Source: Actinobacteria bacterium RBG_16_68_21 (GTDB lineage Bacteria > Actinomycetota > Acidimicrobiia > Spongiisociales > UBA11373). Taken from it: 64,000 nucleotides of DNA. The stretch lies in assembly GCA_001767695.1 (NCBI GenBank), contig MELR01000011.1:192-64191 (forward strand), read 5' to 3'. The notes under the pieces were generated by a model. The model ran no database searches. It was not told where the DNA came from and worked only from the letters and a program-made list of their open reading frames with translations. Below are positions 27,797 to 35,475 of this stretch, piece after piece. Both the position numbers and the translations under genes were made by a program. How positions within the stretch are numbered: position 1 is the stretch's first letter; each line of letters begins with the position of its first letter.

Positions 27797-28945
27797 TCAG
27801 AAGCTCGCGACTCGCCGTCGATACGCGACGACGGCTTGAGTGAAGTCGTCGACGGTGTCGCCACCGAACTTGCGGGCCAACTCGTCGGCGAGAACGAATG
27901 CAACCATCTGCTCGGCCACAACGCCGGCGGCGGGAACCGCGCAGACGTCGGACCGCTCCCGGAAGGCTTCTGCCGGCTCCTTGGTGATGACATCGACCGT
28001 GCCCAGCGGTCGCATCAGGGTCGACAGCGGCTTCATGGCCGCTCGCAGCCGCAGGGTCTGACCGGTGGTCATCCCCCCCTCCAGGCCGCCGGCGCGATCG
28101 GTTGGGCGGCTGAATCCGGCTTCGTCGTGGCGGATCTCGTCGTGGGCCGCCGACCCGAGCCGGGCCGCCGACCTCAGGCCGTCTCCGACCTCCACCGCCT
28201 TGATCGCCGGGATCGACATGAGGGCGCCGGCCAGTAACCCGTCGAGACGTCGATCCCAGTGGACGTGGCTCCCGACGCCGGGAGGCAGCCCGAAGGCGAG
28301 TACCTCGACCACTCCCCCCAACGTGTCGCGCTCGGATTGTGCTCGATCGATGGCGGCGATCATGTCCGTCTCCGCCGTCGGGTCGAAAGTTCGCACCGGC
28401 GAGGCGTCGATCGTCGCCAGGTCATCCGGCCCCGGCACGAGTTCCTTGGCGGCGACGCCCCCGATGGCGACGACGTGGCTGATCACCGTCACCCCTGCCG
28501 TCGCCAATAGGCCCTTGGCGAGGTACCCGACAACGGTGCGCGCCGCGGTCTCCCGCGCCGATGAGCGCTCGAGTATGTCCCGGGCATCATGGGTATCCGT
28601 CTTGATCATCCCGGAGAGATCGGCGTGACCGGGGCGCGGTGTGGTCAGTGGCCTGCGGGCGGAGCCGGGAGCGGTGCTCATCTCCTCCTCCCACTTCGGC
28701 CATTCGGTGTTCCTGATCACCACTGCCACCGGACCGCCGAGCGTCCGGCTGAAGCGCACCCCGCCGAGGATCTCCAGGTCGTCCTGTTCGATGAGCATCC
28801 TCCGGCCCCGGCCGTGACCGAGCCGGCGCCGCCGCAGTTCCGCGGCGATGCCGTCGATGTCCACGACGAGCCCCGCCGGCAAGCCCTCGACGACGGCCAC
28901 CAGTCCCGGGCCGTGGGATTCACCTGCGGTGAGGAAGCGAAGCAT
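27797..28945 (-). CDS. aroC: chorismate synthase
   Basis: MLRFLTAGESHGPGLVAVVEG..., GHGRGRRMLIEQDD, conserved FMN-binding motifs; 382 aa. Confidence 0.93.
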   Translation of the reverse strand: MLRFLTAGESHGPGLVAVVEGLPAGLVVDIDGIAAELRRRRLGHGRGRRMLIEQDDLEILGGVRFSRTLGGPVAVVIRNTEWPKWEEEMSTAPGSARRPLTTPRPGHADLSGMIKTDTHDARDILERSSARETAARTVVGYLAKGLLATAGVTVISHVVAIGGVAAKELVPGPDDLATIDASPVRTFDPTAETDMIAAIDRAQSERDTLGGVVEVLAFGLPPGVGSHVHWDRRLDGLLAGALMSIPAIKAVEVGDGLRSAARLGSAAHDEIRHDEAGFSRPTDRAGGLEGGMTTGQTLRLRAAMKPLSTLMRPLGTVDVITKEPAEAFRERSDVCAVPAAGVVAEQMVAFVLADELARKFGGDTVDDFTQAVVAYRRRVASF

Positions 28946-29000
28946 GGCTGAAGACTAGGTAAGCCTGCCGCGCAGAGCCCCCGTGGGGCGATCCGCAGTC

Positions 29001-29025
29001 GGCAATTGGCAATTGGCAATCGGCA
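29001..29025. repeat. Heptamer tandem repeat (locus B): (GGCAATT)2-GGCAATC-GGCA
   Basis: ggcaattggcaattggcaatcggca, between PilP-like gene stop (29090) and aroC start (28945). Confidence 0.8.
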
Positions 29026-29089
29026 TCCCCCGGAAGGGTCCGCCCGCAGACCCTCATTCAATCGCGCACCGCGGGTAGTGGGCCGCGGC

Positions 29090-29710
29090 CTATTTGAGGA
29101 TGCTCTGGCCGACCGCCAGGGTGAAGGCGCTCGAGCCGTAGGTGAACACGCCTCCGTTGTCGGTGAGGCTGACCACCTTGAAGTTGGTGGCGAAGGTGTC
29201 CCCTACCCCCACCGTGTAGGTCTGGCCATCGACCTCGACGACCGCCACCTTGCCACCGGCCTCGTCCCGCACCTCGAGCAACATCACCCTGATGCCGTCG
29301 GGGGTGTCGCCGCTCGTCGTCGTCGTGACACCCCCGGTCGTCGTGGTGGTGTCCCCACCCGTCGTCGTGGTGGTCTCCCCTCCGGCCGCGGTGGTCGTGG
29401 TCTCGCCACCGGCCACGGTGGTCGTCGTCTCCCCACCGGCCCCCGTCGTCGTCGTTTCCTCGGTGGGAGTGGTCACCAGGGGCTGGAAGGGATCGCGCGG
29501 CTGGGCGACCTGGTAGTCCCCGGTGAGCCCGATCGGGGCCCCCTGGGCTGCCGAGGTGTCCACCGCCCCGCTGTCCGGTGCGCCGGGGAGCGCGCTCTCG
29601 GCTCCCGTAAAGACCCCGGCCGACGCCATCAGCCATACCGACGCCACCGCGGTGCCCACGAGCAGCAGTGAAACGAATACCGACACCAGGGTTCGCTTGG
29701 CTCCGATCAT
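29090..29710 (-). CDS. type IV pilus assembly protein, PilP-like, with Thr-rich (GGETTTT)n linker
   Basis: From ATG at about 29710 (MIGAKRTLVSVFVSLLLVG, TM anchor); four-fold GGETTTTxA repeat; C-terminal beta-rich domain (GIRVMLLEVRDEAGGKVAVVEVDGQTYTVGVGDTF...); last gene of the pilM-pilN-pilO block. Confidence 0.55.
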   Translation of the reverse strand: MIGAKRTLVSVFVSLLLVGTAVASVWLMASAGVFTGAESALPGAPDSGAVDTSAAQGAPIGLTGDYQVAQPRDPFQPLVTTPTEETTTTGAGGETTTTVAGGETTTTAAGGETTTTTGGDTTTTTGGVTTTTSGDTPDGIRVMLLEVRDEAGGKVAVVEVDGQTYTVGVGDTFATNFKVVSLTDNGGVFTYGSSAFTLAVGQSILK

Positions 29711-29711
29711 C

Positions 29712-30350
29712 TCATGAGCCTCCCCGGTTCGCCTCGAACGACGAGTCCGTCGTCGGACCGGTCGTGGTCGTCGTGTCGCCTCCCAGCTCGCCGGCATCGA
29801 CGGTCGGCAGCAGGTCCGCCGTGGTGAAGAGCCGCATCTGGATGGTGGCCGCCAGAAGGGTGTTCCCCTCCTCGTCCTGGGTCGAGGACAACGACACTCC
29901 GTCGACCCGGACCAGGCGCTCCATGTCGTTCAGGCCGAAGAGGAACCCGAGCAGCTCGAAGAACTCCCCTTCCACCTGCGCACTGATGTCGATCCGGCGC
30001 AGCTCGGTGCCGTCCTCGGTAGGTGCGGGAACGGATGGCGACAGGGTCTGCAGGACCACTCCGGTCTCCTCGGCGAGGGAGTAGATCTGCTCGATGGCCT
30101 GATCGAGCAGCGGGCGGTCGGGGATGAGCGCGTTGAGCTTCCCCAGCGCCGCCTCGTACTCCACCCCGCGATCCCGGATCTCCTGGAGCTGTTGGATCTG
30201 CGCTCGCAGGCTGCCCTCGGTATCGACTGCGGCGCTCAACTCCCGGTGGGCGTCGTCGATCTTGGCGTTGCGCGGCGAGATCAACAAGAACCACCAGGCA
30301 GCCGTCACCGCCAGCGCGGCCAGCACGACGATCAGTCCCACGCGGCGCAT
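29712..30350 (-). CDS. pilO: type IV pilus assembly protein PilO
   Basis: 212 aa from ATG at 30350 (MRRVGLIVVLAALAVTAAWWFLLISPRNAKIDDAHRELSAAVDTEGSLRAQIQQLQ: TM plus coiled coil) then PilO-like periplasmic domain; TGATG junction with pilN. Confidence 0.7.
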   Translation of the reverse strand: MRRVGLIVVLAALAVTAAWWFLLISPRNAKIDDAHRELSAAVDTEGSLRAQIQQLQEIRDRGVEYEAALGKLNALIPDRPLLDQAIEQIYSLAEETGVVLQTLSPSVPAPTEDGTELRRIDISAQVEGEFFELLGFLFGLNDMERLVRVDGVSLSSTQDEEGNTLLAATIQMRLFTTADLLPTVDAGELGGDTTTTTGPTTDSSFEANRGGS

Positions 30351-30964
30351 CACGGCACCTCCGGAATGAGGGTGTCGGCGCGATTGGTGGTCGCCCCGCT
30401 GGTGAGCGCCGCCGTCGACGAGAAGGTCACCACATCCGTGTCGCCGATCGCCCCCTGGGACACCGTGCTCACCCAGGGGCCGGTCACGCCGCTGAATTGC
30501 CCGGAATCCAGCGCCCGCAGCCACTCCGAGACGTCGGGGTAGTCGAACCCGACGCCGCTGAAGGCCACCTGGCCCAGGACCCCGGGGATCGATGCGGAAG
30601 CGACGGTTCCCGAGAAGGTCTCCATCCAGACCCGTTGCGGCAGCAGCCTCGCCAGGTCGTTGAGGAAGATGCCCCAATCCACGTCTGAGGCGAGTGCCGC
30701 CCGAACCAGGTCCGCCTTTCCGTCGTACTCGATCTTCACCTCGTTGGCCGACGACAAGGTCGCCACGTCCCCTTCCAGCGACTGGTTGATGGCGGTCTGG
30801 GCATCCACGTCGGACTGTGCGGCCGCCACCTTGCCGTTCCAGTAGAAGACACCCACCACCAGCAGTGCCACATATACGCAGGCGGCGAACACACCAGCCC
30901 CGACGCGCCGTCGTCGGCTCCTCTCCTGGCCGACCTCCGGTGGCAGGAGATTGATTGGTCTCAT
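30350..30964 (-). CDS. pilN: type IV pilus assembly protein PilN
   Basis: MRPINLLPPEV (the INLLP signature of PilN), TM segment, periplasmic domain. Confidence 0.75.
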   Translation of the reverse strand: MRPINLLPPEVGQERSRRRRVGAGVFAACVYVALLVVGVFYWNGKVAAAQSDVDAQTAINQSLEGDVATLSSANEVKIEYDGKADLVRAALASDVDWGIFLNDLARLLPQRVWMETFSGTVASASIPGVLGQVAFSGVGFDYPDVSEWLRALDSGQFSGVTGPWVSTVSQGAIGDTDVVTFSSTAALTSGATTNRADTLIPEVP

Positions 30965-30973
30965 GACGGCGTC

Positions 30974-32077
30974 CTAGGCGACATGGGCGAATCGATTCGT
31001 CGGCGGAACGACGTACGAGCCCCACAGTCCCAGTCCGACCGCCGCCGGCAGGACCGGCTGGTACTCGAGCAACTGGCTTTCGGTCATCTGCACCCTGCCG
31101 ACGGTGACGTGGTCCAACACCCGGACCGGTTCGACCCGGGTGTTGAGCGAACGGCCAATGCGATTCGCCAGGTGCGGGAGGCGGGCGCCGTTTCCGGACA
31201 CGACGAGGCGGCCGAGAGCGTGCTCCCCGGCCTGGGTGAGGTAGTAGTTGACCGAGCCCCTGATCTCCTCGATCAAGGCGTCCCCGGTGCGGGTCAGGAT
31301 CCGGCGGGCGATCATCTCGGAGTCCTCGCCCTCGGGGAAACCCTGGGGAGCGACCCCCACCCGCCGTTTCAGCTCCTCGGCGTCTTCACGAGACAGCGAC
31401 ATCCCCGTCATCAGCGTCTCCGTGAAGTGCTCCCCGCCCGTGGGGATGATGCGCACGAATCGGGTGATCCCGCCGCGAACGATGGCGATCTGAGAGATGG
31501 ATGCCCCGATGTCGAGCAGCGCCTGGGGCCCGTCACCCCCGAGGAGGAGGTCCGCGCCAAAGGCGGCCCGTACCAATCCGAAGGCCTGCAGGTCGATGGA
31601 GAGGACGCTCAGGCCGGCACCGTCGGCGATCCTCACCAGACCGTCGACCATGTCACGCTGCGCCGCCACCACCAGGATCGAGAGCATCAGGTCCCCTTCC
31701 GGGGTGGTGAACTCCTCGAGAGGCACGAAGTCGAGCACGGCGTCGTCCACGGGAATGGGGATGGCGTCTTGGACCTGGAAGGGAAGCGCGTCGACGAGCT
31801 CGGATTCCTCCAGGTGGGGTACGTCCACCTGCCGGACGATCACCCGCTGGTTGGCCAGGCCGACCACGACCCGCTTCCGGGGCAGGTGGTGCCGCTTCCA
31901 CAGCGCAGCAACCGCCTCGGTGACCGCCCCCTCGTCGGCGACGTCGCCTGCCTCGACGACCCCGGGCGGAAGCGGCATCTCGGCGAACCGCCGCAGCACG
32001 GGCGCGCCCTTGCCGGCCTCGACGACGGCGGCGCGCACGGCATCAGAGCCAATGTCGAGACCTATCGCGACCGGCAT
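30974..32077 (-). CDS. pilM: type IV pilus assembly ATPase-fold protein PilM
   Basis: Actin-like fold: MPVAIGLDIGSDAVRAAVVE..., ...VVVGLANQRVIVRQVDVP..., LSVLSIDLQAFGLVRA; internal ATG at about 32077 has a better RBS (GCGAGG) than the GTG at 32131. Confidence 0.8.
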   Translation of the reverse strand: MPVAIGLDIGSDAVRAAVVEAGKGAPVLRRFAEMPLPPGVVEAGDVADEGAVTEAVAALWKRHHLPRKRVVVGLANQRVIVRQVDVPHLEESELVDALPFQVQDAIPIPVDDAVLDFVPLEEFTTPEGDLMLSILVVAAQRDMVDGLVRIADGAGLSVLSIDLQAFGLVRAAFGADLLLGGDGPQALLDIGASISQIAIVRGGITRFVRIIPTGGEHFTETLMTGMSLSREDAEELKRRVGVAPQGFPEGEDSEMIARRILTRTGDALIEEIRGSVNYYLTQAGEHALGRLVVSGNGARLPHLANRIGRSLNTRVEPVRVLDHVTVGRVQMTESQLLEYQPVLPAAVGLGLWGSYVVPPTNRFAHVA

Positions 32078-32244
32078 GTCGTGCCTCGCGAGCGGGTCAC
32101 TGGCGCCATATGACGCTCCTGTTCTACTCACAGACGAGTAGTTACGCCTGTGTCATCACGAGGCTACACAGGGCATCGCGCCGGACCAAGGATTCTGAAC
32201 GCGCCGCGCCACCGGATCGCGCGCTTTGCGCGGTGAGGCTTCCC

Positions 32245-33024
32245 TCAGCCCAGATACCACGAGGCGATCGCCTCGCCGGCAGCGATCGCCACCCAGGCCC
32301 CCACCACCAGGGCCGGCCCGAAAGGGATCGTGTCACGGCGACCGGCGCGGCGAGTCGCCATCAGCACGATCGCCGACAGACCGCCGAGCACGAAGGCGGC
32401 GAACACCGCCACCGCCAGTGAGCCCCACGAGCGGTAGGCGGCGAAGACGCCGAGGAGGAAGGCCAGTTTCACGTCGCCCATCCCGAAGCCTCCGCGGGCG
32501 ACCAGGGCGATCACCAGGAGCCCTCCGAAGTAGGCGGCGCCGCCGGCGAGCGCCTGACCCAGTCGCCCGCTCGTTCCCTCGAGGAGCGCTCCTGTGGAGA
32601 GCAAGACCACCGCAACCGCGGTGCCCGGGTAGAGGATCAGATTGGGCAGCCGCTTTTCATCGAGGTCGACGACCGCGAGCACGAGCGTGACCGCGGCGAA
32701 CCAGAGGTAGGCGGGGAGCACCCAGGAGAGGCCGATGACGGCTGCCGTGATCCCGAAGAGCGCTCCCGAGGCCGCCTCCACCAGCGGGTACCTGACCGAG
32801 ATCGGTTGGCCACACGCCCGGCAGCGGCCCCGCAACAACACCCAGGAGAGCACCGGGATGTTGTCGACCGCACGGATCTCGGCGCGGCAGTTGGGGCAGG
32901 CGGATGGCGGCCTCACGATCGAGATGCCCGCCGGGACGCGGTAGGCCACCACGTTGAGGAAACTCCCGATCAACACCCCAGCGAAGGCGGCGACGGCGAC
33001 GGTCACCAATCCCTTCCCGTGCAC
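32245..33024 (-). CDS. pilD: prepilin peptidase (A24 family) PilD
   Basis: N-terminal Cys-x-x-Cys...Cys-x-x-Cys zinc motif (PSACPNCRAEI...RGRCRACGQPI) and polytopic membrane domain with peptidase A24 Asp motifs (GGFGMGDVKLAFL). Confidence 0.88.
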   Translation of the reverse strand: MHGKGLVTVAVAAFAGVLIGSFLNVVAYRVPAGISIVRPPSACPNCRAEIRAVDNIPVLSWVLLRGRCRACGQPISVRYPLVEAASGALFGITAAVIGLSWVLPAYLWFAAVTLVLAVVDLDEKRLPNLILYPGTAVAVVLLSTGALLEGTSGRLGQALAGGAAYFGGLLVIALVARGGFGMGDVKLAFLLGVFAAYRSWGSLAVAVFAAFVLGGLSAIVLMATRRAGRRDTIPFGPALVVGAWVAIAAGEAIASWYLG

Positions 33025-33446
33025 ACTGCGAGTGTCATCTCTGCCTCGGTCTCTTCCCTACAGGTGAAGTGGCCCCGAGCCCCTCCCGCCACGGCGAGGC
33101 GGGCGCCGAACCAGGTTCCGCTGCGGGAGCGAGCGTACAGCAGCACCTGAGCGGAGTCTCCCGGCTTGACGTCGGCGACGACCACCCGCACCGAGGTATC
33201 CGCAGATCCGAGGTCGATGCCGGGGGCGATTTCGGTCAGCCGGCCGGCGTCGGTGCTGAACGCACCATCGGCGACCATGAGGCCCATCTCGGCGGTGGCG
33301 GCGTGGCTGAGACTCGACGTGGCCCGGGCGTCGTTGGCCCGCGACCGGAAGCCCTCGAGGATCGCCACGAGGATCGCAACGATGGCGAGGACGACCGCCA
33401 GCTCCACCAGCGTGTAACCGCCGTCGTGATTCCGGGGCATGGTCAC
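33003..33446 (-). CDS. type IV pilin (second pilin gene)
   Basis: Class III signal: MTMPRNHDGG|YTLVELAVVLAIVAIL (G-1, E+5); 147 aa; RBS GAGGAG just after the upstream hairpin. Confidence 0.8.
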   Translation of the reverse strand: MTMPRNHDGGYTLVELAVVLAIVAILVAILEGFRSRANDARATSSLSHAATAEMGLMVADGAFSTDAGRLTEIAPGIDLGSADTSVRVVVADVKPGDSAQVLLYARSRSGTWFGARLAVAGGARGHFTCREETEAEMTLAVCTGRDW

Positions 33447-33457
33447 TCCTCATGTGA

Positions 33458-33489
33458 GAAGGGGGCGGGTCTTACGATCCGCCCCCTTC
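33458..33489 (-). terminator. GC-rich stem-loop between pilA and the second pilin gene (partial terminator/attenuator)
   Basis: GAAGGGGGCGG-(10 nt loop)-CCGCCCCCUUC, 11-bp perfect stem, 24 nt after pilA stop and followed at once by the RBS/ATG of the next pilin gene. Confidence 0.55.
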
Positions 33490-33512
33490 CCGATTGGTGA
33501 TCGACCGTGGAC

Positions 33513-33974
33513 TTACCAGCCGCCCTGGGCGTAGGCCCCAGGAGCAGCGTCGGGACAGGTGACGCTGAGGTCAGTGGCTCCGTACCACGTTCCAAGTGTC
33601 GAGCTCTCCCAGATGGCGAACGTGTTGCCGGAAGCGGCGGTCCGGGTCAGGCACACGGTGTCCGAGGTGGTGGCGTTCAACTGCAGCGCCACACCGCTCG
33701 CCGGGTTGGCGTTGATCACCGCGTTCGGTTCGAATGCCGTGATGTCCGCGGCGGTCTCGGTGTAGTCGCCGTTGTCCAGCCAGTACGCCTTCTCGGAGAG
33801 AAGGACGTTGCGGATATCGCTCTGGGCAGAACGATCCTGCGCCGACTTGCGGAACCCGAGGAACGAGGGGATGGCAATGGCGATGAGAACTGCAATGATC
33901 ATCACCACGACCATCAGCTCGATGAGCGTGAACCCTTCGTCGCCCTTAAGGCCACGTCGGATGGTCTTCATCAT
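33513..33974 (-). CDS. pilA: type IVa major pilin PilA
   Basis: 153 aa from ATG ATG at 33974 with GGAGG RBS: MMKTIRRGLKGDEG|FTLIELMVVVMIIAVLIAIAIPSF, canonical prepilin leader/N-methyl-Phe/E5 N-terminus; C-terminal Cys pair (C..C). Confidence 0.88.
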   Translation of the reverse strand: MMKTIRRGLKGDEGFTLIELMVVVMIIAVLIAIAIPSFLGFRKSAQDRSAQSDIRNVLLSEKAYWLDNGDYTETAADITAFEPNAVINANPASGVALQLNATTSDTVCLTRTAASGNTFAIWESSTLGTWYGATDLSVTCPDAAPGAYAQGGW

Positions 33975-34104
33975 TGTTCGAGAACCTCCTAGTGGTTTCT
34001 CTCGCGTGGGACGCAAAGTGCGACCCGTCGTGGTTATCGGCTTGAAGCCGCAGGGGCCTTGAGGGCTATTTCGCGATCTGGTCCGCGGCCGAAAGCTGAA
34101 CACT

Positions 34105-34153
34105 GACCTTCGACCTTGGACCTTGGACCTTGGACCTTGGACCTTGGACCTTG
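34105..34153. repeat. Heptamer tandem repeat (locus C, part 1): ACCTTCG + (ACCTTGG)6; on the pilA-coding strand (CCAAGGT)6
   Basis: accttcgaccttggaccttggaccttggaccttggaccttggaccttgg, perfect 7-nt period, about 130-180 nt upstream of the pilA start. Confidence 0.9.
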
Positions 34154-34200
34154 GAGAGACGTTCGCGAACGGTCCGGAGTCCCGAGGCGCATCGCCCGAC

Positions 34201-34248
34201 AGCGGGAGAGCGGCCAGCGGAAAGCGGGCAGCCGGCAGCGGGCAGCGA
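34201..34248. repeat. Heptamer-periodic array (locus C, part 2): AGCGGGA GAGCGGC CAGCGGA AAGCGGG CAGCCGG CAGCGGG CAGCGAC
   Basis: Seven in-register degenerate heptamers (consensus cAGCGGG) abutting the pilC stop codon (34249). Confidence 0.75.
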
Positions 34249-35475
34249 CTAGTTGTTGATCAGGTTGGCGATGTTGAACATCGGCAGGTAGAGGGAGATG
34301 AGGATCCCGCCGACGGCGACGCCCATCACGATGATCAAGATCGGTTCGATCAACGAGGTGAGCGCGTTCACGGTGTCATCGACCTCGTTGTCGTAGAAGT
34401 CGGCCACCTTGGCCAGCATGGCATCGAGGGCGCCGGTCTCCTCCCCGACGGCCATCATGTGGGTGACCATGGGCGGGAAGACCTCGTGCCGCCCGAGTGG
34501 TCCGGCGAGTGACTCGCCCCGGCGGACTGACGCCTGGACGTCGGTCACCGCCCGGCTGACCAGGGCATTGCCCGAGGTCTGCGCCACGATGTCCAGCGCC
34601 TGCAGCACCGGTACGCCGGTCCGGCTCAGCACCGAGAAGGTCCTGGCGAACCGGCTGATCGCCACCTTCTGCACCAGAGAGCCGAAGACGGGGGCCCTCA
34701 ACTTGAGGGTGTCCCATCGCAGCTTCCCGGTGTCGGTTCGCTTCCAGCGCCGGAAGACGATCACTCCCCCGAGCAGTGACCCGAGCACGACCCACCAGAA
34801 CTTGGTGATGGCGCCCGAGATGTTGATCAGTGCCTGGGTGGGGAGAGGCAGGGTCCCCCCGAGGTCCTCGTACATCTTCTGGAAGATGGGGACGACGAAC
34901 AGCAACATCCCGGAGACGATGCACACGATCAGCACCAGCACCACCACCGGGTAGGCCATCGCCGACTTCACCTTCGACCGTAGCCGAACACCGGCTTCGA
35001 GCGTGTCGGCCAGCCGCACCAGAGTCTCGTCGAGCGCCCCGCCCACCTCCCCGGCGCGCACCATCGACACGTACAGATGGTTGAACACGTCGGGATGCTG
35101 CTCGAGGGCCGCGGAAAGGCTGTTCCCCTGCTCGACGTTGGTGCGAACCTCGCCGATGATGCCCGCCAACGCCGGGTTCTCGTTCTGTTCCTCGAGGATG
35201 GCCAGCGCCCGGATCAGGGTGAGGCCGGAGTTGACCATCGTTGCCAGCTGCCGGCTGAAGATGGCGACTTCCTTGAGCTTCACCTTCTTCTTGAATCCTG
35301 GGATCGTGATCTCTCTGTCGAGACCGGACACCCGCTTGGCGTCGACGCGCAGAGCCGTATAGCCCTTCTCGCGCAATGCTCCGGCGACCGATGCCGGCGA
35401 GGAGCCCTCCATCGACCCGCTGTGGACGTTGCCGGATCGATCGCGCGCCTTGTACTCGTAGATTGCGGTGCTCAT
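34249..35475 (-). CDS. pilC: type IV pilus inner-membrane platform protein PilC
   Basis: 408 aa; MSTAIYEYKARDRSGNVHSGSMEG..., two GspF/PilC repeats with three TM segments. Confidence 0.88.
   Translation of the reverse strand: MSTAIYEYKARDRSGNVHSGSMEGSSPASVAGALREKGYTALRVDAKRVSGLDREITIPGFKKKVKLKEVAIFSRQLATMVNSGLTLIRALAILEEQNENPALAGIIGEVRTNVEQGNSLSAALEQHPDVFNHLYVSMVRAGEVGGALDETLVRLADTLEAGVRLRSKVKSAMAYPVVVLVLIVCIVSGMLLFVVPIFQKMYEDLGGTLPLPTQALINISGAITKFWWVVLGSLLGGVIVFRRWKRTDTGKLRWDTLKLRAPVFGSLVQKVAISRFARTFSVLSRTGVPVLQALDIVAQTSGNALVSRAVTDVQASVRRGESLAGPLGRHEVFPPMVTHMMAVGEETGALDAMLAKVADFYDNEVDDTVNALTSLIEPILIIVMGVAVGGILISLYLPMFNIANLINN

Noticed and set aside
34123-34512. Small ORFs running through the repeat arrays (34123-34512 plus strand, 43916-44155 plus strand)
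   Set aside because: Their sequence is dictated by the heptamer repeats (poly-WTLDL... / AAGCGQRAAG... low complexity), there are no RBSs, and they overlap real genes. They are artefacts of the repeats.
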